Positions 56,249 to 64,000 of a stretch of 64,000 nucleotides of DNA are shown in pieces. The notes below the pieces were generated by a model. That model was given only the letters and a program-made list of their open reading frames with translations, ran no database searches and was not told where the DNA came from. Location: the NCBI GenBank assembly GCA_035063585.1, contig JAPSGB010000016.1, positions 23,476 to 87,475 of the forward strand. Direction: 5' to 3'. Position 1 is the stretch's first letter; the number at the start of each line of letters is the position of its first letter. Position numbers and translations under genes: made by a program. This DNA comes from Polyangiaceae bacterium (GTDB taxonomy: Bacteria > Myxococcota_A > Polyangia > Polyangiales > Polyangiaceae).

Positions 56249-57178
56249 TCAATCGCCGCAGCGCGCCTGCATCGGCCCGAGGCTCGTGCAGTTGGCGGCG
56301 CCGCCCGCGCAGACCGGCGCGAACGGACACGAGCACACGTCCGTGCTCGCGCAGAGCGGCTGCACGCAATGCTTCTCGCCATCCTTCGAGGCGACGCACG
56401 CGAACCCGCCCGGGCACACCCCGCAGTCGGTGACCGACCGGCACGTGTTCAGGCTCACGCATTCGCCCCAGCAGCCGCCCTCGACCGACGCGACCTGCCA
56501 CTCGGGGCACTCCGGCGAGAGGCTCCGGCAGCTCGCGCCCGCGCACTCGTTCGCGATGAACTTGCAGGAGTCGAGCCGGACCCCGAAAGGCTCGAGATAG
56601 CGCATGAGCGCCTCGGCCTCCGGCGCGAGGTTCAGCACCGCGCGATCGCCGTGGGCGCCGAGGACGACGGGCGAGTACGTCTTCGTGACGCCGTCGAAGC
56701 GATAACCGATGAACGTCGCGACTCCGCCGTCCGCGCACCAGGACTGGCTGAGCAGCACCCCGCTCGCCGCACCCGGGATGAGCGCGGCGCGGGCGCGGAG
56801 CTCCTCGATCGGGACCGAGCCGGTCCGGATCGGTGCGCCGTAGCGCGCGCGGAGCGCGGCTTCGGTCGCCGGAAAGCTGATAGGCGGCGGGGCGGCCGCG
56901 TCAGGGTCGTTCTTGAAATAGTCGTACTGGTAGACGCTCCCGTCCGCCGTGATGAAGTGACCGCGGAGCTCGTAGCCCCACGCGCCGTTCTCGTACGAGA
57001 CCTCGAACACGATCTCTTGCCCCTCCGGCAGCTCGACGTCCGCGCCGGCGTCGAGCCCAGCGCTGCCGCCCGCCGCCGCCCCCGCCTGACCGCCCGCCCC
57101 GGGGCCGGCGTCGCTCGTCGCGCCCCCGCATCCCGAGAGCAGTACCGCCGCCGAGATCGCCCAGAGCCGCGCCCTCAT
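56249..57178 (-). CDS. Lipoprotein with Cys-rich C-terminus, unknown function
   Basis: MRARLWAISAAVLLSGC; Gly linker; dense Cys tail. Confidence 0.7.
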   Translation of the reverse strand: MRARLWAISAAVLLSGCGGATSDAGPGAGGQAGAAAGGSAGLDAGADVELPEGQEIVFEVSYENGAWGYELRGHFITADGSVYQYDYFKNDPDAAAPPPISFPATEAALRARYGAPIRTGSVPIEELRARAALIPGAASGVLLSQSWCADGGVATFIGYRFDGVTKTYSPVVLGAHGDRAVLNLAPEAEALMRYLEPFGVRLDSCKFIANECAGASCRSLSPECPEWQVASVEGGCWGECVSLNTCRSVTDCGVCPGGFACVASKDGEKHCVQPLCASTDVCSCPFAPVCAGGAANCTSLGPMQARCGD

Positions 57179-57391
57179 GGTCGAAACGCGCGAGCAAGCG
57201 GCGTGCCCGCACGCGCCCTGCAAAGTCCGCACGCGGAGCCGCGGCGGATGGCACAGCACGGCACAAGCCCGGACTCGCCCGGCATGGTGCTCGGTGCCTC
57301 ACAGCGAGCCGCGCACTCGACGCGCGGCGTCACGAGCACGCGGACACTTTTCCTCACGAAGAGCCAGGCGCTCGCGCTAACGTGCGGCGTC

Positions 57392-59038
57392 ATGTTGCGG
57401 TGGAGCGCCTCGCTCGCGCTGGGAGTCCTCTTGTCCGCGTCCGTGGCGCGCGCCGACCCCGAGCCGTGGGCCGACGACGACGGCCTCGGTCAGCCGAATC
57501 GCCATGAATTCGGCGACTACGGCGTGGAGGTCGGCGCCGAGTACCGCGCCAACTGGCTCTACGTGCGCCCGGTCAACGTGGCCGGCACGCAGAACCGCAA
57601 CGCGAGCTGGATCGAGCATCGGCTCAGGCTCGGCGGCACCGTGGACTACACGGAGAAGGTGCGCCTCGTCGTCAGCATGGACGCGCTCGACGGCACGGTC
57701 TGGGGCGACAACGGCACCTTCGGCGGAGCTCCGTCGAGCCTCAGCGGCACCGCCGCGGCCGCGCGCAGCCCGAACAACGCGCGGGTCGCGGTCGGCTACC
57801 AGGGCAGCGGGGACGAGCTCGATCCGAAGAACTACGGCTACGTGCTCGAGCCCGGCAAGATGCTCGAGCTCCGACACGCCTACGGCGAGGTGGTGACGCC
57901 GGTCGGGCTGCTCCGCATCGGCCGGCAACCCGCCATCGAGGGCTCCGCGCTCCTGGTCGCCGACGGTAACGGCCGGCCCAATCGCTGGGGCTACAGCGGC
58001 AGCGGCGACATCGTCGATCGCGTGCTCTTCGCGACCAAGCCGCTCGAGGGGTTCAAGGCCGAGGCCGAGCGGGACCTCTCGAGGGACAACGGCCTCTTCT
58101 TCGCGACCTTCTACGATCGCGTGGTGACCGACGAGGTTGCCCTCTTCGGCGACGACGTCCACAACGCCGGCGTCGGGCTCATGTACTACTCCCCGAGCCC
58201 CGTGAAGCAGACGGACGTGAAGCTGAGCGGATTTTACGCCCACCGCTGGCAGACCGAGTACGACACCGACATCAACATCGTGAACCTTCGCGCGATCGCG
58301 CGCGCCGGTAAGCTGAGCGGCGGCGCCGAGAGCGCGTTCATCTTCGGGCGCACGCGCGAGGTGAGCGAATCGCTCGCGCTCATCAACTCGGATCCGATCG
58401 TTCGGCAGAAGGTCTTCCAGTATGGCGCCCGCGCGGTCGCTCGCTGGGACGAGCCGAGCTGGTCCGTCTATCTCGAGGGTGATCTCGCGAGCGGTGACGC
58501 CGATCCGAACCCGGGCACGACGCTCTCGCAGCTCTACTTCACGCAATATAACAACGTCGGGCTGCTGCTCTTCCCGCGCGTGCTCGCCTTCGAGAGCGCG
58601 CGCTCCGCTCGCGCCGCCGAGGAGCTCCTCCGCCGCCTCGGCGCGCCGAGCTACCCCGCCGAGCGCGTCGACTCCCGCGGCAGCTTCACCGACGCCATCG
58701 CCCTCTTCCCCCAGGCTGATTATCGACCCCACCCGAACCTCCTCTTGCGTGGCGGGGTGCTGATGGCGTGGACGCCGTGGGGCGTAGTCGATCCGGTACG
58801 CAGCCTGCAGCTCCGAGACGGCGCGCGCATCGACGACGACGTCATCAACTTCAACGGTGGTAAGCCCGGCAGCTACTACGGAACCGAGCTCGACGGCCGC
58901 GTCTCGTGGAAGTACCTCGAGCACTTCATCTTCGATCTGGAGGGCGCGGTGCTGTTCCCGGGCGACGCCCTGCAGGACCAGAACCGACAAGCCGTCCACA
59001 GCGTCCTCGTCCAGGGGCGCACCACGTTCGTCTTCTGA
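57392..59038 (+). CDS. Outer-membrane beta-barrel (alginate-export-like porin)
   Basis: Signal peptide ending ARA-D; EHRLRL, LRHAYGEV...LRIGRQP and YGTELD...GAVLFPGDAL; C-terminal Phe. Confidence 0.72.
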   Translation: MLRWSASLALGVLLSASVARADPEPWADDDGLGQPNRHEFGDYGVEVGAEYRANWLYVRPVNVAGTQNRNASWIEHRLRLGGTVDYTEKVRLVVSMDALDGTVWGDNGTFGGAPSSLSGTAAAARSPNNARVAVGYQGSGDELDPKNYGYVLEPGKMLELRHAYGEVVTPVGLLRIGRQPAIEGSALLVADGNGRPNRWGYSGSGDIVDRVLFATKPLEGFKAEAERDLSRDNGLFFATFYDRVVTDEVALFGDDVHNAGVGLMYYSPSPVKQTDVKLSGFYAHRWQTEYDTDINIVNLRAIARAGKLSGGAESAFIFGRTREVSESLALINSDPIVRQKVFQYGARAVARWDEPSWSVYLEGDLASGDADPNPGTTLSQLYFTQYNNVGLLLFPRVLAFESARSARAAEELLRRLGAPSYPAERVDSRGSFTDAIALFPQADYRPHPNLLLRGGVLMAWTPWGVVDPVRSLQLRDGARIDDDVINFNGGKPGSYYGTELDGRVSWKYLEHFIFDLEGAVLFPGDALQDQNRQAVHSVLVQGRTTFVF

Positions 59039-59045
59039 GGTCTCC

Positions 59046-60170
59046 ATGGCTCGCCTGTTCTTCCTGCTCTTCGCGCTCGCGTTCGTGTCCTGCGCGTCCT
59101 TCGATCCCGCGCCCGGCGTCACGCTCGAGGGCGAGGAGCACGGCGCCATGACGGTCGCTCCCGATCGGCCGCTCGTGGTGCGCTTCAGCGAGCCCGTCGT
59201 CGCGCGCACCCTCCGCGTCAGGATCGTGAGCCTCGCGGTCCCGAACGCGATCGACTTCGAGGGCAATCTGCTCGACGAGCAGCACCCACCGGACCGCGAG
59301 GCCTTCCAGGCGAGCACCGTCCTCGCCTACGACGGCGCCGCTCCGGACGACCCGGAGCGGACCTACGGCGCGGCGTTCGCCCTCGGCGCCGATCGCGCGA
59401 CGCTCACCATCGATCCCGACCTCTCGCTCAGCGTGACCGTCCCCTACCTGTTGCTCATCGAGCCCGGCCTGTCCGACGAGGCAGGCAACGTGACGGTGCC
59501 GCGCATCCGTATACCGTTCATCTACCCCCTCGAGGGTGGCGGCAAGACGCGGCTCGCGACCGGGTATTACTATTATCTCATCAACGTCGAGTTCCTCGCC
59601 CAGCAGCTCCGCCTCTACACGCACATGCGCGTGGATCCGGACACCGGCGAGTGGCACGCGGTGATGACCAACGCGGGGCGGCGGGCGGCCGGGAATGGTC
59701 GCCCGGGCTGCCCGGCGAGCTGCCCTGCCTCCACGCCGCTCTGCCAGCTCTTGAACCCGGAGTTGCCGAGCTGCGTGAAGCCCTCCGACAAGCAGAACAA
59801 ACTCACCGAGTTTCCGGATTTCGTCCCCGACCCGACGCCGCCGACCGGGTTCAAGTTCGAGGTGACGGGGTTCGCGCGCGATGAGGCGGACGGCTCGATC
59901 GCGTTCGGCACCGCGCCGTTCGACATGACCATCACCATCGGCACGGGCGCCGTGGAGGTGACCACGGTGGGGACGGTGCTCGCCGGGAAATTCGTCGACT
60001 CCCCGACCGAGCCCGGGCGCCTCATCGCCACCGGCACGCTCTCGGTCGACGCCGTGAAGGTGAACGGCACGGGCACCGACCCGACCAAGGGCTCACTCCA
60101 GGTGATGTCGCTCACGCCCGAGGAGGTGGCCGACGTGGCCGCGCTCGGCGCGCCCATCCCGACCGAGTGA
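59046..60170 (+). CDS. Lipoprotein with Ig-like N-terminal domain
   Basis: MARLFFLLFALAFVSC; VVRFSEPV...LTIDP...GLSDEAGN; 7 nt after the barrel gene. Confidence 0.7.
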   Translation: MARLFFLLFALAFVSCASFDPAPGVTLEGEEHGAMTVAPDRPLVVRFSEPVVARTLRVRIVSLAVPNAIDFEGNLLDEQHPPDREAFQASTVLAYDGAAPDDPERTYGAAFALGADRATLTIDPDLSLSVTVPYLLLIEPGLSDEAGNVTVPRIRIPFIYPLEGGGKTRLATGYYYYLINVEFLAQQLRLYTHMRVDPDTGEWHAVMTNAGRRAAGNGRPGCPASCPASTPLCQLLNPELPSCVKPSDKQNKLTEFPDFVPDPTPPTGFKFEVTGFARDEADGSIAFGTAPFDMTITIGTGAVEVTTVGTVLAGKFVDSPTEPGRLIATGTLSVDAVKVNGTGTDPTKGSLQVMSLTPEEVADVAALGAPIPTE

Positions 60171-60179
60171 GCTGCGCGT

Positions 60180-61268
60180 TCAGCGCACGCGCACCGAGAG
60201 GTCGAAGCGCTCTCCCGCGCGCTCGAGCCGCGCGACGAGCGCGCCCTGCTCGCGCGCCGAGGCGAGCGCATCTAGCGTGCTCGCGAGCGTCGAGCACGGC
60301 GCGTCGTTCAGCGCGAGCACGACGTCGTCTCGCTCGAGCCCGAGCCGGTCGAGGAGCGAGTCCGCGGGCACCTCGCGGAGCGCGAGCCCCACCACCACCT
60401 CGTCGCGCCTCACCGGAGCGAAGCGCACTCCCGAGAAGAGCGCGGCCGCCTGGTCGTAGATGAGCGCGACCGCGTCGGCGCCGACCTCGAGCTCGGTCTC
60501 CGAGCGCTTGTCGAGCGCCTGCGCGATCGCCTCGGGGACCAACCAGGGCGGCGCGTCGCCGGCGGGCGCGAGCAGCTCGTCCGCGCCGCCCGCCACCGCC
60601 GTCTCTGCCTCGCGCGCGCCGACGTGCATGCCGACCGCGCAGCGTGAGCCGCCGCGCTCCACCCACACGCGGTCCCAGTCGATGCCGGTGACACGCCACC
60701 CGCCGACCGTGTCGCCGACGCGCCGGAGGCCGGCCTCCGCGTCCGCGCTCGGCGCGATCGATGCGAACGACCACTCGGGATCGCCGGTCGCCGTGATGAG
60801 CCTCACCGTGAGCCCACCGCAGAGCGAGCCCTCGCTCGAGCGGTGATGGGTTTGCCGGTGCGGCGCGGAACCGCGCGGGGTAGGCATCGGCGCGTCGGCG
60901 GTCGCCACCGGCAGCTCGACCGCCGCACGCGGCCGCGACGCGAACCGCGCGGGCGCGGGCTCCGGCGTGGCCGCGGGCTCGGGCAGAGGAGCGGGCTCCG
61001 GCAGAGGAGCGGGCTCGCTCGGGGCTGCGGCGCGCGTCTCCGCCGCGTCGTCTCGCTCCCGCGCGGCGAGCGCGCGCTCGCCGTTCAAGACCGCCGCCTC
61101 CATCGACGAGGGCGGGGTCGCCGAAGGTGCCGCGACCGCGGCGCTCGACGCGGGCTCGCCGGGCGTCGTCACGGGCGGCGGCGGGCGACGCGAGAGCGCC
61201 CAGAAGGTCACCCCGATCGCGGGGATCGCGGCCATCGCCGCGCGCCGGAGCCAGAGCTCGCCGTTCAC
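60180..61268 (-). CDS. GspC-like type II secretion protein with PDZ domain
   Basis: N-terminal TM; HR domain RVGDTVGGWRVTGIDWDRVWVE; PDZ SLLDRLGLERDDVVLALN. Start uncertain. Confidence 0.7.
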   Translation of the reverse strand: MNGELWLRRAAMAAIPAIGVTFWALSRRPPPPVTTPGEPASSAAVAAPSATPPSSMEAAVLNGERALAARERDDAAETRAAAPSEPAPLPEPAPLPEPAATPEPAPARFASRPRAAVELPVATADAPMPTPRGSAPHRQTHHRSSEGSLCGGLTVRLITATGDPEWSFASIAPSADAEAGLRRVGDTVGGWRVTGIDWDRVWVERGGSRCAVGMHVGAREAETAVAGGADELLAPAGDAPPWLVPEAIAQALDKRSETELEVGADAVALIYDQAAALFSGVRFAPVRRDEVVVGLALREVPADSLLDRLGLERDDVVLALNDAPCSTLASTLDALASAREQGALVARLERAGERFDLSVRVR

Positions 61269-61323
61269 CGGCCAGCACGAATAGCGAAGAGCATGCCACC
61301 CTGACGATTCCGCGCCGAACCGA

Positions 61324-61400
61324 CATGACTTTTCCGCAATCATGACAACATGACGAGTTACCGTGTCGGAAGTACAAGCCAGTTTGTCATCTTGACAAAC
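61324..61400. promoter_or_regulatory. Regulatory cluster: three CATGAC direct repeats and an 8-3-8 palindrome
   Basis: GTTTGTCA-TCT-TGACAAAC at 61382-61400, in an AT-enriched divergent intergenic region. Confidence 0.55.
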
Positions 61401-61744
61401 GAGCGCCTGCCGAGCTCGGCGCGCGGTCGCGCCCGCCTCGCCGGTGACGTCCTTCACCCGCGGGTGGCTCGGGCGATCACGCCGGTCGAACGCTCGACGG
61501 GCTCGGGATGGCGCCGAGCTCCAGGGCCGCTCGCAGGACGGCGCGTGAGCGCCGTGATGAACGCGTCGAGCGCCTCGGCGCAGCGCGCGCTCGGACGCCA
61601 GCGCCGGCTGGCGGCACCCATGGCCAGCGGCTCGCACTGCGCTCCGGCGCGCGGCGTTGGCCGCTCACCCCCCGATCATCGCCGGCTGTTTACGTAAGCG
61701 TCGACTCGATGGCAGCCCCCGCCTCACGTAGCTAGCTTCCGCCC

Positions 61745-62956
61745 ATGAGTCTTGGAGTTCGCTTGGTCGTGCTTGCGGCAGGGTGCGCTGTTCTCGTCGC
61801 CTGTATCCCCACCAGCCCGGCCGATTCGGGCAATGGCGATGGCGGCACCGCGGGCGCGGCGGGCGGAAGCGCGTCGGGCGGTAGCGCGGGCACCGGCGGC
61901 GGCGCTGGGGGAGCAGGCGGCGGCGCCGGGGGAGCAGGCGGCGGCGCCGGGGGAGCAGGCGGCGGGACCGGGGGAGCAGGCGGCGGCACGCCGGCCGGCG
62001 CGCTGCCGCTCGGCACCCTCCTCTACGTCCGCAGCGAGACGAAGGACCACGACGTCCTCGTCGCGCGCGACCTCGCGGCGAACAGCGAGCGTGTCATCAC
62101 CGACCTCAGGGGCGACGGCAGCCAGGGCTGGGAGATCGACAGCTACGCGCTCTCCCCCGATCGGCGCCGCGTCGCGCTCGCGTCGCTGTACGGCCCGACA
62201 GCGGAGGACACCGCCACGGGGCTCGCGACGCGCCGCATCTGGAACCTCGCCGTGGACGGCACGGATTTTCGCCGCGTGACGCCCGTCTTCAAGAACACGG
62301 GAGTCGGGAAGAACACTTTCCAGATCGACATCGGCGAACCTTTCTTCACCCAGGACGGCTCGAAGGTCGGGTACGGCTACGGCGAATACTGGTGGGAAGG
62401 CACGACGTTCAAGGGGGGTTCGTTCCCGTGGCTCGTCGCCGCCGACGGCAGCTCGCTCCCGTCGAGCCTCACCACCTCCACCGACTGCGCGGTCATCCAC
62501 GGCTCGCGCAACCCCGCGACCGGCGACCTCCTCTTCATCCACAGCGTCTGCATCCCGGGCACCTCGGAGGTCGGCCTCTACCTCTACCCGGAGGGGGGCG
62601 GCACGAACCCCGCGAGACTCGTCGGTAGGGCCACCGACGGCGTGGACCCCCATCTCACGACGCCGAGCTGGTTGCCGGACGGCAGCGGCTTCCTCTTCAT
62701 CGGGCAGACGAACGACCAGCAGCAGCACATGTACATGTACGACATGAGCGCGCACCGGGCGACCGCCCTCTTCGACCCGCCGGCCGGCGCCTCCTTCTAC
62801 GGCGTCGCGATCGCCCCGGACGCCTCGAAGATCGTCTACTGCCTCTGGGACGACGAGACCCAAGCGCGGGATCTCCACGTCATCGACCTCGCCCCGGCGA
62901 CCCCGACCGACTCGGCGCTCACGACCGACGGCAAGAGCTGTCAGCCGTCGTTCTGA
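61745..62956 (+). CDS. TolB-like (PD40) beta-propeller lipoprotein
   Basis: Lipobox LVAC; (GGGAGGA)4 tether; ALSPDRRRVA, PSWLPDGS, IAPDASKIVY and QPSF. Confidence 0.8.
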   Translation: MSLGVRLVVLAAGCAVLVACIPTSPADSGNGDGGTAGAAGGSASGGSAGTGGGAGGAGGGAGGAGGGAGGAGGGTGGAGGGTPAGALPLGTLLYVRSETKDHDVLVARDLAANSERVITDLRGDGSQGWEIDSYALSPDRRRVALASLYGPTAEDTATGLATRRIWNLAVDGTDFRRVTPVFKNTGVGKNTFQIDIGEPFFTQDGSKVGYGYGEYWWEGTTFKGGSFPWLVAADGSSLPSSLTTSTDCAVIHGSRNPATGDLLFIHSVCIPGTSEVGLYLYPEGGGTNPARLVGRATDGVDPHLTTPSWLPDGSGFLFIGQTNDQQQHMYMYDMSAHRATALFDPPAGASFYGVAIAPDASKIVYCLWDDETQARDLHVIDLAPATPTDSALTTDGKSCQPSF

Positions 62957-63094
62957 CCGCGTCGAGGTGCTGACCCGCGAGCGTCGCGGCGTACGCTCGC
63001 GGGTGCGCCGCTCACGTCGGCGCGACGTGTGCCGCCGCCGCGCCCGCTGGATGCAGCGCCCGCGTCGTGCTTCAGTGTGGGGGCCGCCCACCGC

Positions 63095-64000
63095 ATGACG
63101 ACCTCGACCCTCGCGATCTTGGACGGCCTCGCCGCGGCCTACCGGCGCGACCTCGACGACGAGCGATACCTGCCGCACGTCGTCGAGGCGATCTCTCCAT
63201 CGCTCGACCGGGGGCTCGGGGTGCTCGGGTACACCTACGACGCGCGCGATCCTGCTCACCCCATCATCGACCGCTACGTCTGCTCCGGTCGCTTCGACCC
63301 GGCCTGGCTCGCGCCCTTCCACGAGGCCATCGACGCGACGGGGCTCGACCGCGGCAACCCCGAGCACCCGACGGGCTTCCAGGTGTGGAGCCACCTCGCG
63401 TGCGGCCAGGCGAGCGCCGTCCCCAAGATGCGGCCGTTCCTCCCGGCGTTCGCGCACATCGGCGGTGCGCACGACGCCTTCGCCGTCAACGCGCTCGACG
63501 CGAGCGGGCGCGGGCTCTTCCTCGTCGCTCCGCTTCGGGTGGCTCGCAGGGTGCCGGCGGAGCAGATCACGCTCTTCACGCGCTTCGCGGCGCACCTCAC
63601 CGCCACCCTGCGCGTCCGACGAAACGCGGCGAGGTCGAAGCCGCACGCCGCGGCGGTCCTCTCGCCCGCGGGCGCGCTGCTCGACGCCGAGGGTGGCGAG
63701 CGGGTCGTCGAGGCGCGCGAGGACCTGCGCCGCGCGACCGCCGCGTTCGAGCAGGCCCGCGTCACGAGGCGACACGACGACCTCGAGCCGACCACACGCC
63801 GCTGGCGCCCGCTCGTCCTGTCGCGCTGGTCGCTGCTCGACGAGTTCGACACCGACGGCAAGCGCTTCGTCGTGGCGGTCGAGAACGCGCCGCCGACGCG
63901 CGCCCCGCGGCGCAATCTGAGCGAACGCGAGCACCAGGTGATGACCCAGGCGTCCCTCGGCCACTCCGACAAGGTGATCGCCTACGAGCTCGGCCTCTCG
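63095..64000 (+). CDS. LuxR-type HTH transcriptional regulator (runs off window)
   Basis: Translated from ATG 63095: MTTSTLAILDGLAAAY...LSEREHQVMTQASLGHSDKVIAYELGLS (LuxR HTH). Absent from the ORF track. Confidence 0.88.
   Translation, partial: MTTSTLAILDGLAAAYRRDLDDERYLPHVVEAISPSLDRGLGVLGYTYDARDPAHPIIDRYVCSGRFDPAWLAPFHEAIDATGLDRGNPEHPTGFQVWSHLACGQASAVPKMRPFLPAFAHIGGAHDAFAVNALDASGRGLFLVAPLRVARRVPAEQITLFTRFAAHLTATLRVRRNAARSKPHAAAVLSPAGALLDAEGGERVVEAREDLRRATAAFEQARVTRRHDDLEPTTRRWRPLVLSRWSLLDEFDTDGKRFVVAVENAPPTRAPRRNLSEREHQVMTQASLGHSDKVIAYELGLS

Noticed and set aside
1..64000. Very frequent CTCGAG/GAGCTC hexamers as a repeat system
   Set aside because: Explained by preferred codons CTC (Leu), GAG (Glu) and TCG/AGC (Ser) in this lineage. 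I could not test for excess without a codon-aware model.

Overview
GC-rich (roughly 70-75% by eye), gene-dense chromosomal window from a myxobacterium, probably Polyangiaceae-like. The assignment rests on mglB-mglA, an AgmX/PglI-type domain, a Ser/Thr kinase and many lipoproteins with Gly-rich tethers. I count about 57 CDSs. Housekeeping genes include tlyA, comEC, hpt, rarA, yggS, mglBA, recX, rne/rng, alr, ribE-ribB(A)-ribH-nusB, an ALDH and a saccharopine/lysine dehydrogenase. They are interleaved with many unknown envelope lipoproteins and beta-barrels. I found no rRNA, tRNA, CRISPR array, transposase or integrase. The most notable items are: (1) a translationally coupled pair of giant TPR-DUF3857-transglutaminase proteins, one with an intact Cys-His-Asp triad and one catalytically dead; (2) a 41-aa, 44% Lys/Arg protein missed by the ORF track; (3) a window-wide leaderless-mRNA signature (TAnnnT 6-8 nt before at least 10 start codons); (4) a dispersed REP-like element, including a 74-bp tandem duplication; (5) a C11 tract plus an 8-bp repeat between divergent surface-protein genes; (6) a Tudor-like/Zn-ribbon/glycosidase-like operon sitting between lysine-catabolism-type genes; (7) an orphan SctQ/FliN gene and a RibBA with a dead cyclohydrolase domain. 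All family calls come from motif recognition by eye, not database searches, and several starts were re-assigned relative to the ORF track.
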